The position numbers were made by a program, and so were the translations under genes. Shown piece by piece: positions 12,659 through 24,796 of a stretch of 64,000 nucleotides of DNA (position 1 is the stretch's first letter; each line of letters starts with the position of its first letter). Origin of the DNA: Nemertoderma westbladi (taxonomy: Eukaryota; Animalia; Xenacoelomorpha); contig JAUCBJ010006667.1 of the NCBI GenBank assembly GCA_032718475.1, positions 3,912-67,911 on the forward strand. Direction: 5' to 3'. Below the pieces are notes generated by a model, which saw nothing but the letters and a program-made list of their open reading frames with translations, did not search any database and had not been told where the DNA came from.

Positions 12659-14208
12659 TATGTTTATTAATATTATCATTTCTATGTAGTTAATACAGTA
12701 TGTATGTTACATACGGCTTCCCGTTATTGGAATTTTAACAAATATTGTCAATCACTGAGACCTAGTATTCTGAATATTAATTATTTTGTGTATGTTCGTA
12801 TTATAACGGTTCGCCATACATTATTATTGAAATAAACGTTAAGAATAAAGTATTCATTGAAACTAAATCATTATACATATTCAATTAATCACAATAACTG
12901 CTAATCTGGTTATCGACAATCAATGAGCTGCAGAGACATTATTAGTGTAACTCATTGGGGTTATTGTAAAGTAGAAGAAGGTTGAAATGATTCGCCAAAG
13001 GTTCGCCAAACGTTCTGTCTCAGAATAAAAGCCAGACGTTTCTGAGAGGTAGATAGATTGTGTGCCAGACGTTCGCGAGAGGTACAGGGGAGAATGAATT
13101 GTGTGCCTGGCATTCGGTAATCAGCATTCTTCTAACATTCGCCACTATGTTTCATTTCCGAATGCTGGTAGCATGCTGAAGATGTTCGGATCCCGAATGC
13201 GCCACACATTCGCCGTGTTTACTAAATGAATTATAAAAAATTTAATTATAGAGAAATAGGTCAGTGCTATAGTATTTGACTATTATCATCAGTCAACAAT
13301 ACGCAATAAATAGTATGATAACAAAACTGTTACCGCTACAAGGATATAATCCTAATTAAATATTAAAATGTAATCACGTTTTAACTTAGGGTTTATCTTA
13401 ATGCAATTGCAATGTATGCTGTATGCATGTTATATTATGATAAAACACCGCAGTCCGCAAGTCACTTCACTTGGTGAAATTTAAATGTTGAATTTCGCTC
13501 CTTTTCTGCTAATAGTAAAAAACCGCAAGTCAAAAGACACATATTTCGATAAAACCGTATGTGCGTTTTCTTATTATCTATGCAATGACAAAACACCGCA
13601 AGTCTTGTTGACTAACGGTTTTTCTGCTTAAATTTAAGTAGTTGCAATGCAGTCTGTAATACTATACATATGTTGTGACTTACGGCCTTTCTACATTGCA
13701 TATCTCGAGAACTAGAGTAGATACGGTGTTCTCGATTATACAGTACCATTAGATTAGAGCGCATTTTTTAGACCAAGAAAACGTAAAAAAGTGAATTTTG
13801 GAAAAATGCGACTTACGGTCTTTTTACATTGCACAGCAGAGTTAAAGTAGGATGCATTCGTAGTTCGTACCCCAGTACAGTAGGAATAATAGGATACGTT
13901 ACCAGCCACACTGCCAAAACAAACAGTACTGGGACTAACTTTGTAACTTCCGTGCAGTTTATAACTTTTGTTCAAATTCTGTTAACTATTAATTACCGGT
14001 ACTGTATTAATGAAATTGAAATTGTTTTGTTTAATGACATATTCGTTAAAGGTACCGGTAATATAGTTAGTTAAACACATTAAAATTTTCTTTTAAAATC
14101 TCACTCGCCATGCTAGATAAAAAGCACCACAGAGATGTGAGATGTGCTGTGTAAATAATACTTAAATAAAATTACAGTATTACCCTGTTCTGTTACATGT
14201 CTGTGTAC

Positions 14209-17200
14209 ACTGGTGCTTAGATCGGGGTGCATGTAAAGAGCGGACTGCGGACTGCGGACTACGGACTGCGGATTGTCAATTAAAAGCCCAAATATGCGCG
14301 GTCAATTTGAATTATAGCATTATAATGTAAGAATCCGCTCTTTGTTGTCTGGACAAACGGCGGACTGAAGCCAGAAAATTTTAACCTGATTGGCTCAATC
14401 ATTTACATAGAGGCCCAAAGGGAACTTTCTTGAATCCTCTTATTGGCTTAAATGTTTTCATTGTGACACAGAGATGGAAACCTATTATGTAGGCAGTAGG
14501 AAGAACTCTTGAACTTTCAATAAAATCTCTCAGGTTAAGGCCGGTTCACTTTTAAGCATGATTCATTCGTAACTCTACTTTGGATGCAGACTTTGGGACT
14601 ACAACTGTAGTATGTACTTCTGCTGCCGAAGCAGAGTTATGCTTATTGCTTAAAGGTGTGAACCGCGACCTTATAAGATATTCCTTGTTTGCTTGTTACT
14701 TAAATTAAAAGTTTTTACGTTGGGGTCGTCAAAAAAAAGGTGGGGGAGGTTGGCTCGTACTGCCACTATTATGTCTCTGTTAGTTGAAACAAAATTGGAA
14801 CATAATTGAAACATATTAGTCGTACATACTAGTAGTGAAACATTATTTTTCCAAGATTGACCGACTTATTAGCGTTCAAACATTTCCGACGATGACAACG
14901 ACAGACGGGTCCACCACTTATACCCATATGCTAAGGCTCACCTGGACTTACGTTGCTCGCCCCACAGTTAATCGCCCATGTCGCATGTGAAGCATACCAG
15001 GATTTCACTTTTCGGGCGACTTTTTATTGGAATTTTATATATGAAGATTTTTTATTTTTTTTAATTTATCTTTATTAAGTGTTTTATATCGCTAATTTCT
15101 GTCTTATAACCTGTACATATACTAATTTGTTTATTGTTTTGGTTAGATTCAGCCCTTCTGTAACCTGTATTTTTGGTGAAAACCTGGTATTCTTCACATG
15201 GGGGTAACTGCAAAGTGAAATATAACGGCAGAAAGTCTGGTATACTTCACATGGGCCCAGTTAATCGTATGTCAGATATGTAGGATATCATAGCCCACAC
15301 TAAAAAAGCATTTAAAAAAGGACTAGCCGATCAGGTGTTCGTGGTTTTCATTTTAAGGCTGTCATAAAAATTTGGACAGAATTAAATGCCAGTAGTTAGA
15401 TGCGTCCTATTGGATGCTATTTATAGATCCACACCCCTTTTCTTTGCCCCTCTCCCCCCTTTTCTTACGCTCTCTTACCCCCAGCACAGAGAAGATCTTC
15501 CCCCAGCTCCTGCGCTTAGGATGTCCGAATATTCGCTCTTTTATATTTGCGAACAGACAACTGTGACATAAACTCTAAAGGCAGGAAGTATATAAAAATA
15601 TTTATTGAAATAAATAATCTGAAAATCCGTAGAATGTTGATTATATACTGTAGCAGTGTAGTAGGCCCTTAATCAACAGCCCACGTAATTACTGTATAGG
15701 ATAATTATTTCCTGTATTACAGTGTTGCACAATGGTAAAGATTTAAAAGCCAAATGGGATGATTCATTCTTTAAGTTCCCTTTCAGCTTCAGCCTATGTA
15801 AATGATTGAGCCAATCAGGTTACAATTTACCGGCTTCAGTCCGCCATTTGTCCAGACAACAAAGAGCGGATTCTTAGTTTGGAAGTCGATAATTCAAATT
15901 GACCGCGCGGATTTTGGCAATTCCCAGTCCGTAGTCCGCCAGTCCGCAGTCCGCTCTTTACATGCACCCCTTAGATCGTGGCTTTTCCAGTTAACATTAT
16001 TCCATTTTGTATAAAACAAGTAATGCGGTTGGTGAAAGCTTCTATTAAGCAGCCACCAATCACGTTAATCCTGTTTAACACAGAGTCAATGAGAATGGAA
16101 TATTGCTAACATGAAAAAGTTCAGGTTACCATTATTCCATATCTCAGTATCTGTATTCACTATTATCACCCTCCCCTTGCAGCCTTGCAGCCTTGTCTGT
16201 TTCATTATACAAGTTATATCGAAAGGAAAGCAGTCAGTCGTCAGTGCAGAACAGTACAGCAGTAGGTACAGCAAATCAAATTATTAAGAATTGAAGCAAC
16301 AGTAATTATAGCCAAAACCAATACAGGTACATACTGACATGATACTGTAATAGCAGGTTTTGTTAATTCAATACTTTAAGCCTTAAAGTGGCCTTAATCT
16401 TTCTCATGGTAGTTACATGGGGAGCAGTAATGAGACGATTAAAAAAGTGGTGGAATGTAATTTATGCGAGAAGAAGTACATAACAACCTCTACATTATCA
16501 AGACACAAACAAAAAATTGATAAAAGGAGAACCGACAGACAGCGAGACTAAACCATTTCCACGCTGTCCAGCCTGTCAGCACTGTTCTTTTTGCTACTCG
16601 CGTGTCGGGAATGCTACAGACAGACCTTGCTGCATGTAAACCAAATGAATGGATAGGATGTAGCGTTTGCAAGGGTGTAAAACACAACGCCAACAACCGG
16701 AAACCACTGCCGACAACAGCAAATATGAAAATGTAACCTGAGTTCGTAACTCTCGTTTATTGTTTTGGTTAGACTAACCTTCCACTGTAACCTGTTCCTT
16801 TCCCTCAATTATTAAATAACATTAATTAGCTTTAATAATGGTTGTCGGCGTTGGTTGTCGGCGTTACGGGGTAGCATCTCACCCCGTTTGTACGAAGTGG
16901 TTGGTATCATAAAAGTTGTGTGAATAAAACGCAACACGAGTTTCGGGGTGATGAACTGATATGTGAGACCTGTATTTTGCCCACATTGCAGCATTGAATA
17001 TTACTACGTGGCAAGTACTTAAATGAGATGAGATATTGTATAAGTACAGTATGTTTATTACTAAACCAGACTTAACTATAAATATTTCATTTACAGTTTA
17101 CATCATTGTAATTAAACTAATCCACTTATACTACTGTACATACGGTATTTTTTATTTTTCTTGCATATATTATGCCTGGTATTGTACCATATAATAAATA

Positions 17201-17496
17201 TTATATGGCTTACTCGATTTCTAACTGACTACAGACTATGGACTAACACTACTGCACTAGCAGCTTAATTACTGTAATGTCAATGTGTAATCACTTTGGA
17301 ATAATGGTAACCTGAACTTTTTGAAGTTAGCAATATTCCATTCTCATTGACTCTGTGTTAAACAGGATTAACGTGATTGGTTGCTGCTTAGTAGCAGCCC
17401 CTAGCAGGTTTCTCCAACCACATCACTTGTTTTATACAAAATGAATAATGTTAACTGTAAAAGCCACGATCGCACGATCTACTGATCTAAGCCAGT
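14209..17496. mobile_element. Outer non-autonomous element with long TIRs (about 190 bp); its left TIR is split by the nested MULE-like insertion
   Basis: The left arm (actggtgcttagatc at 14209, resuming at 15970-16138) is the reverse complement of 17297-17496 (tggaataatggtaacctgaac...gatctaagccagt). Confidence 0.75.
14225..15969. mobile_element. Non-autonomous Mutator(MULE)-like element
   Basis: TIRs of about 190 bp starting gggtgcatgtaaagagcggactgcggac. Perfect 9-bp TSD cttagatcg (14216-14224 / 15970-15978). Confidence 0.85.
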
Positions 17497-17620
17497 AAGC
17501 ACCCATGTTAGGGTACCACCACCGGTACGGTGTACGGCGGTACCCCAGTACAGCAGTACCTGTTATTGTAACAGTTTTAGGCCTAACACAGTAAGAACTA
17601 GACTAAGGTAATAATATAAA

Positions 17621-19351
17621 ATGTCGCTGTTTACTGAAATCCAGGACGCGTTCTCGTTTTACGACCAAAAACTTCAGGATTCTTCAGAAATCCAAGACAA
17701 ACTGGTCGAAATCGCCGTCGCGAATAAATGGACGGCCGAGGAATTTGTCGACGAGTTTATGGCCTACCTTCAAACCAATAAGGTGTCATCTAAGTCCATC
17801 GACTTGGATACAAGCAAAAAGTTCTCCAAACATCTCGATCTTATGAAACAAAAAGCACAAAGAACGCGAAAAGGTCTGCAAAGTACGGAACAAAAGTTTC
17901 TTTATCGGGAACAGGAGTGGAACGCCGGCGAAGTGGAACCGATGGCTGATATTTATTCATTCGAAACACCGAAGAGATTGAAACAGAACGGAATCGAAGA
18001 CACCTCGATGAAACTCGTTAAACTGGAAGTTATTAATTCCCCGGGTTCCCGAACCTTAAATTCCCCCGTCGCGATGTCTTCCAGTCTGTCACCGGCGGTG
18101 ACCCCCTCTTCCTACTACACGTCACGCGGCGGTAGAGGCCAAATAATCGCGAGTTACGGGAATACCGACGCGAAAGCAAACCGACGAGGAAGTCCGGTCG
18201 ATATCTCCTCCGTGGACGAGGAAAGTAAATCTCGTCGATTCGGTATCAGCGGCGACTACGCGGCGGTGATGAAGGCTGATATGGATGCGGGAATAGATCG
18301 GATTACGTCGCTGTTTACCGAGTTGAATCCGCGGGATTTCTCCGAGTTAAACTCGACGAGTTACGAGGAATCCGCCGTTGTTGGACGGATCTGTTGCGAC
18401 TCCGCGGGGAAACTCAACCCCCAATCGGTGCAACTCGAGGACAGACAGTCCGTCGTGGCTCTCGATCTGTCGCAGTGCCGCGGGTACTCGGTGTTCCCGG
18501 GACAACTAGTCGCGGTTACCGGGATCAACCCAACCGGTAAACGATTCGTCGCCAAGGAGTTCCTCGGACTCCCGTCGCTTCCCGCAGAACCCGCTTCTAC
18601 CGGTGCCGACGCTATCCGGGTAGTATCGGCAGCCGGACCCTACACACCCAACGACAGTCTGGACTACCAACCACTCTCCGATCTAATATCCCTCATAAAC
18701 ACGGACCCCCCAGGTATCCTCATCCTTATGGGGCCATTCCTAGACGAAAAGAACCTTCATATCGCGGCTGGTTGCAAAGACAACACCTTCTCGGAGATCT
18801 TCCAGAACATATTGAACAAACTCAGCGGCACTATCGACCAATCAACGACTATTATTATCATCCCTTCTCCCCGCGACGTCCACCATTGGCCGGTGTTCCC
18901 CCAACCTCCGTTCGATACCTCCACACTCCCCTCCTCCACCCAACCCCGCGTCCTCCCCTTCCCCAACCCAGCCACCCTCCGTCTCGCCTCCCACACTCTC
19001 GGTATCTCCTCCCACGACGTCCTGTTCTCGTTGGGTCGCGAGGAACTTGTCGGGGGATCCGACCCCCTAACATCCGACCGAATATCTCGATTAATCTCCC
19101 ATCTGTTCGACCAGCGATCCTACTCCCCTCTTTACCCTCCGTCCGAAGATCTATCCATGGGTTCGAATCCCGCTCCCATCCCGTTACTCCCACGTGTTAC
19201 TCTCCTGCCCTCCGACTTAAAGCCGTTCGTAAAAACCGTTCAAGGAAGTATTTGCGTTAATCCCGGTAGACTCACTAAGGGATTAACTGGAGGTTCCTAC
19301 GCCGATATAATAATAGCAGACGAAATTAGCGTTAAAATTATTAAAATATAA
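17621..19351 (+). CDS. POLA2: DNA polymerase alpha subunit B (p68), uninterrupted 576-aa ORF
   Basis: Motifs GRICCDS.GKLN, YSVFPGQLV, AAGPYT.NDSLDY, LMGPFLD, PS.RDVHH..VFPQPPF, QRSY.PLYPP, LPSDLK.F and VNPGRLTKG. Full length. Confidence 0.95.
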   Translation: MSLFTEIQDAFSFYDQKLQDSSEIQDKLVEIAVANKWTAEEFVDEFMAYLQTNKVSSKSIDLDTSKKFSKHLDLMKQKAQRTRKGLQSTEQKFLYREQEWNAGEVEPMADIYSFETPKRLKQNGIEDTSMKLVKLEVINSPGSRTLNSPVAMSSSLSPAVTPSSYYTSRGGRGQIIASYGNTDAKANRRGSPVDISSVDEESKSRRFGISGDYAAVMKADMDAGIDRITSLFTELNPRDFSELNSTSYEESAVVGRICCDSAGKLNPQSVQLEDRQSVVALDLSQCRGYSVFPGQLVAVTGINPTGKRFVAKEFLGLPSLPAEPASTGADAIRVVSAAGPYTPNDSLDYQPLSDLISLINTDPPGILILMGPFLDEKNLHIAAGCKDNTFSEIFQNILNKLSGTIDQSTTIIIIPSPRDVHHWPVFPQPPFDTSTLPSSTQPRVLPFPNPATLRLASHTLGISSHDVLFSLGREELVGGSDPLTSDRISRLISHLFDQRSYSPLYPPSEDLSMGSNPAPIPLLPRVTLLPSDLKPFVKTVQGSICVNPGRLTKGLTGGSYADIIIADEISVKIIKI

Positions 19352-19855
19352 TGTTATTGTTGTTATGATTTCAGGAACTTCGTTAACCTCTTTGTGTTTT
19401 ACAATTATGCGCATGCGCAAATTGATGTCATTTTATGCAATATTAACTATGCAATATTTAGTATTAATATAAAATTATTAAAGGAATTAATTTCATTTTA
19501 TTTGTGAAGGATATAGATGTACTGTTGTAAGAAGAAGACCTTAAATCGACAACTTTTTAATTTACATGTTAAAAAATGTATAAAATCAGATAAAGCTTGG
19601 CATTGAAAATTTCCAATAAATCAGAAATCCATTAAATGAAATCATAAATAAAATCAAATCCAATAAATCAATAACGTGTCTCTGGGGATATTGCACCAGT
19701 TACACTGCAGTTATTATTCAAACGTTTAGTGATTTGTTGGTACTAGTGGAAAACTGGCCATGCAAGGATTCCAAATATGTAACACAATCTTCATTTCGTT
19801 GTAAAATAGCTGAGATAAAGGCGTTTGAAAGTTGCATGATTTTGCAAGGCTATTA

Positions 19856-20113
19856 TTTTTTAGGTCCGCGTAGCGAGACCTCTAGTTTTCACTCCGCTGT
19901 TGTTGTTGTTAATTTCTCGTTAGGTTTTGGTATTAAGGATTGATACGGCCCCAGTGGCTCAGTTGGCAGAGCGTGGGACTTGTAATCTCAAGGTACCGAG
20001 TTCAATCCCCCATTCCGGTGAATGTTTTTTTGTTGTAAGATTGGTAGTAAGCCATCCAAGGAGACATGTCATGCGTTTGTAGACGCGGACCTTTGCGCGA
20101 TTTCGCGCTTGTT
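19856..20113 (+). mobile_element. HINE/DINE-1-like (Helentron-associated) element with an embedded tRNA-like segment
   Basis: Subterminal inverted repeats aggtccgcgt (19862-19871) / acgcggacct (20083-20092), 5' partial hairpin aggtc...gacct, (gtt)n microsatellite, 3' hairpin gcgcga-tt-tcgcgc and T-rich flanks. Confidence 0.65.
19948..20020 (+). pseudogene. tRNA-Thr(TGT)-derived sequence (pseudogene or SINE-like head)
   Basis: A box tggctcagttgg, D-arm gctc/gagc, anticodon arm tggga-ctTGTaa-tctca and B box gttcaatcc. The acceptor and T stems do not pair. Confidence 0.65.
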
Positions 20114-20460
20114 ATTTAATAAATAGCCTTGGCAGGTTCAACCCATGCAACTGTTGAACGCCTATTGTCTCATCTCAGCTTCAGCTACCGGTATTTTATG
20201 ACGAAATTCAGATTGTGACTATAGCCCTACAGCTGGAGACACCGGTCTTGCTGAAGTACTTTCACTTTACATTGGAAATTAATTGCCGAGTCGTATTGGA
20301 TTACACTGCAGCACTGCCAGTTAGTTGTCAGTCGTAACTACCGGTAGGCCTACCGGTACCTGAAGAAAAACCAAACAGCAGAACAGCTATAAATAACCGG
20401 TATAATCTCCAACGTTCTGGCGGGATATTTTGTGTTGTACCTGTACCGTGTTATCATAAA

Positions 20461-21960
20461 ATGGCAAACTTTACTAACTCAGAAACGTCGTGCGAGGGGT
20501 TCGAATCGACTTGGAAGAAATCTCGAGATATGAGGGAGGGCTATTCCCAGACGAGCGAAGTTCTGACCGACGAGCAGGAAACGCAATCGCAATCTAAGAT
20601 CGATTCCGGTCTGCAAACAGACGTGTCGAATGAATTGGAAGTCCGACTGGACGCGCCGGACACCCCGGAATTAGCGGAATTCCTCGCTAAACTGGAACCG
20701 CTAGTCTACAAGGAGTTGGAACAGAACGCGAGGAGTCGAGCCTTCGACGGATATTCGGCGGACTGGACGGAATGCGACGCCAATATTAGTTGCCGACACT
20801 CGTTGTGTCAGCAAGGGATGCTGAACGAGAGTCACGTGACCGCTGTTAATTACAACTCCACTGGGTCGGTGGTTGCCGTGGCGTACGGACGGCAGGACCA
20901 TGCTGATTGGTGCGCCCATCGCGGTGTCGTGGCGACCTGGAACACGGAGCGCGGCGGGATGAAGTCGGGACGCGCGGACAACGCGTTGGAGTTGGCGAGT
21001 TGCGTGACGTCGGTCGCCTTCCACCCGGACCTGCCGGGACGACTAGCCGCGGGTTGCTACGCCGGGGAGGTGGTCGTCTGGGACGTCGGGGAGGGTAGCG
21101 AGTACCGTGGCGACCCGCAGGGGGCGTCCCACAGGGAGCCGGTCACCGGCGTCGTCTGGCTGCGGGAACAGCGCGGGAGGAAGCTGCTGTCGGCCAGTTC
21201 CGACGGGAAACTCATCCAGTGGAACCTGAACCTCCGTAAACGGCGACTCGACGCGGAGACGGTGTTCCTGGTGCCCGCGCGCCCGGGCGCCCAGGTACGC
21301 GGGCGTCCGGGCGATCTGGTCGCGTCGTCCCAGCGATCCGGCTCCGAGTCCGGGGTTACTGCGATCGCGTTCTCTTCCGAGGATCCGACGCAGTTCGTTG
21401 TCGGAACCGAATCCGGTTCGGTGTTTAAATGCTCCATCGAGGCGACAGTCCCGGCGGTCTCCAACCTCCCAGACGGCGGCGACTTTATTTCCCCGGTTAC
21501 TTTATCCTACGAGCCGCACCGGGGTCCCGTCTATGGCGCGGATTGGTCCGGTTTCCATAGGAACGCGGTTCTAACCTGCAGTACCGACGGCTCCGTTCGG
21601 CTCTACAACTCGCTGCAGATCGCCCCTGTGTTGGTGGTGGAGCCGGGCGCAGGATACCTCTACGGGGTCCGGTGGTCCCCCACGCGACCCCTAGTTGTCG
21701 CCATAGCGACCGGGGACGGTAGACTGCTGCTCTACGATCTGCTGGCCAATAGGATCGCCCCCTCGGAGACCCTGGAGGTCAGCGAGAGCGGGCGGCCGGT
21801 CTACTGCGTGGTCTACAACCCTAGGAGTCGGTCTAGCGTTGCCACCGGCGACGCTCACGGTATCGCCAAGATCTGGCGACTCGGTGAGGAACTCGTCGGC
21901 CAGCAGCCCAAGGAGTTCGAGGTTCTCGCAAAGATGGTTAACATCGGCGGCACGGAATAA
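20461..21960 (+). CDS. WDR34: Cytoplasmic dynein-2 intermediate chain 2 (WDR34), uninterrupted 499-aa ORF
   Basis: N-terminal QT motifs, then ELEQN.RSRAFDGY, NSTGSVVAVAYGR.DH.DWC.H, FVVGTESG, H.GPVY...WS.FHRN..LTCSTDG, WSPTRPLV and ATGD..G..KIWRL. Confidence 0.92.
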   Translation: MANFTNSETSCEGFESTWKKSRDMREGYSQTSEVLTDEQETQSQSKIDSGLQTDVSNELEVRLDAPDTPELAEFLAKLEPLVYKELEQNARSRAFDGYSADWTECDANISCRHSLCQQGMLNESHVTAVNYNSTGSVVAVAYGRQDHADWCAHRGVVATWNTERGGMKSGRADNALELASCVTSVAFHPDLPGRLAAGCYAGEVVVWDVGEGSEYRGDPQGASHREPVTGVVWLREQRGRKLLSASSDGKLIQWNLNLRKRRLDAETVFLVPARPGAQVRGRPGDLVASSQRSGSESGVTAIAFSSEDPTQFVVGTESGSVFKCSIEATVPAVSNLPDGGDFISPVTLSYEPHRGPVYGADWSGFHRNAVLTCSTDGSVRLYNSLQIAPVLVVEPGAGYLYGVRWSPTRPLVVAIATGDGRLLLYDLLANRIAPSETLEVSESGRPVYCVVYNPRSRSSVATGDAHGIAKIWRLGEELVGQQPKEFEVLAKMVNIGGTE

Positions 21961-22878
21961 TAGCAATGAGTGGCGGCTGGAACTGTTAGCTGAATAGTCG
22001 AGTCGAGATAGTGAGAGACCCGGGGGAATTAGTTTCATTTTACTTTCACACATCCGGTCAGATGTCATCCATATAATCCGGAGTAATCTGGTCCCTAAAA
22101 AATATAGAAATTGTACAGAAATCCGTGTGTTACATGTCGTTTACATCTGGGAATAATAAGAATCGAATTAGTAATGTTCTAGAATAAATAAATTAATGTA
22201 ATATAAACGCCGGTTTACATGGAGCAACATGATCGTCAACCTGAGTTTCTCACCAAGTTGCCACATGTAACGGGTGTAAAGTAAACCCATTATATCTACC
22301 TCTCCGCGGCCTATCTTATTAACTCGACTAAAAGGGTTGTATTTTGTAAATATTCGAGTTTTTACTCCACGTTTTGTACATATTATTTGTATATTATTGT
22401 TGTGTTGCAATTGATTCCATTAAGTGCATCGCACCTTAACCATTTGGGTTTCTGACAAGTAGATTAAGCTGCATAACTAACTGGTTATTCGGTTACTTTC
22501 GATCTAATTCGGCCCATTTCATATACCGGTATCAGTTAACTATTAATTATTGATTACATACGGAAAACGTTAACAATCAGCCGTCTTTGTTTACAGAATG
22601 TAACGCCCCCGTCTCCACCTTTACAGAAACTGTCTCCCATAGCCCACTCTCATATTTCTATACCAGCTATCGCATTGGTATACCAGCTCTAGCTCTCGCA
22701 TTGGTCCATCCATATACACTGTGACCCGTAATATAGTGTCATTTTCTGATTCAGAACATTTTGTTTATGTATGAATAGCTACCTACGCAATAGAGATATT
22801 GCATTCGCGTACAGTTGTTGCCCGCCTATTCATGAGTTAAATAATACGTTCCAGAACGTTGTATATTTATTATAATCA

Positions 22879-22952
22879 GGTCAGATTGTCCAAGTGGTTA
22901 TAGCGTCGGTCTCCCAACCGGAAGGTTGTGAGTTCGAGCCCCGGAGAAGGCA
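22879..22952 (+). mobile_element. tRNA-derived SINE-like head (degenerate)
   Basis: A-box-like tgtccaagtgg and B box gttcgagcc at tRNA spacing; no complete cloverleaf. Confidence 0.5.
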
Positions 22953-24796
22953 CAGCCCAGTTTTCGTTAAGCCGTGGGGCGAGCCACGAAGTAAAGGCGA
23001 CCCTTAGCGCACAATTATAATTAGTAAATAGGCAAACATTTCATGTCCGTCTGTCTGGCGGTAATGAGAAATTCGTTTGTAAATAACTTTTGAATATTTT
23101 AACCATTTTCAACCAAATTTTGTATGGGCATAATAGAGAAAAAGTTCAAACTTGACCTACTATAGATACGACCCGCCAAGCTGCTGCAAAGCCCCAAAAT
23201 TTAGTGGGCCAGTTATTTCCCTTAGATAGAACCCCTGAAACAATATGTCTAGCGCGTCGAAAGTACTTGTCCCTACCTAAAATTATGTCCTCTTTCAGAT
23301 GAGACAAATAAAAATTTAATAGCTCCAGTAGTATTAGAGATATGATGAGTTCCTGGCACCTATACCATATCAACACCTTTCTGGATTGATAAAATTACAC
23401 AAAATACATCACCTTTCAAAGACTTTGGCATAACCATGAAACCATAATATGCTTTTTTGATTTTTTGAATTCATTATAGTAATCGAAAGCAAGATTTGAA
23501 GCAAAATTTTAATTTTTTTATCAATAGATACTAAAAGAGCAACAAAAGTGCAAGTAGCACTTTTCTCAAACGTGGTAAATTGGCCGTAAAGTTTGGATAC
23601 TGAGGTTTTCGAATGTGCTGATTTCATTGGGAAGGTTTATTCCTCTACCTACATCAAACATATCAAAGAGTTGTGTAATATAACAAAATAGGCATGTTGT
23701 TATATTAGTTATTAGTCAGTTATTTGTGCCCCTGGAGCACGAAAAAACAAGTAGTGGAAATATGATAATGAAACTCACCACGAAAACAAATTGATTTTAT
23801 GACCATGTAGGTTTTTTGGGATGCTGATAATGAATATGACACTGAAAAATATCGTATTATCCAACCAAATTTGATTTTTGCCGTTTGAAATTTTATGCTA
23901 ATTGTATTTTTCGTCCCACAAGACAAACGCCAAAACGATAGTTGCGTTACCACGAATTATTTTAACGAGTCGTATCGTTATCAGCGGCTTTGAAAACCAG
24001 TATAGCTTCAGAATTACCAATAACAGTTTTTAACAGTTTGAAATTTTAGCTACTTGTACTTTTCGTTCTGGGGCACCAGACCAGCATGGCACCAAAATTG
24101 GGTTTGCACATACCAGAAATATTTATAACTACAGTACTTTCATCGTGATCAGCGACCTCGAAAACCCATATATACAGTACGTTCAGAGTTATCAAACCAA
24201 ACACAAAATGTTTAATTTGACATTTTTTTACTTGTACTTTTCGTCCTGGGGGCCAAAATAGCACCAAACATGATTGATGCATTGCCAGAAAATTTTTACA
24301 AATTTAACAAATATTTATTAACTAATATTATTATCGTGATCAGCGACCTCGAAATCCCGTATACCATCAAAATTGTAATTTTTGAGCCAAGATCTAAAAA
24401 AATTTCTAAAGTAAACCACCCCAATCAAGTACTATAGTAATATAGCCCGGACCAGATAGCAGATAGGGTTAAACGTGGTAGTAACTGAATATGAATCTCT
24501 TAATTCCGCACCAAACACATAGTAGAGTAGAGTAAAATAAAGTATCAGTTCATCAAATCATTAAACGTCAATATATTCCAGGTCTAATTAAGTGTCTCTG
24601 TAACCCAAGCGCGCGAGCGGCATCTATACACAGACTTTCCAACTACAGTATAACTGCTACGTCCTGCATACAGATTCAGATACTATGTCCAGACCAAGAT
24701 CCAGGCTCCCGACTGCCCGAGGCGCCGTGGCTACCAGACCGTGTAGAGGTGATAATAAATAGCCAAATAAAAACAGGTACGGACGTAATTAGGTAA

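Noticed and set aside
19948-20020. Functional tRNA genes (also 22879-22952 and 61653-61722)
   Set aside because: The acceptor and T stems do not pair, so these are tRNA-derived repeats only.
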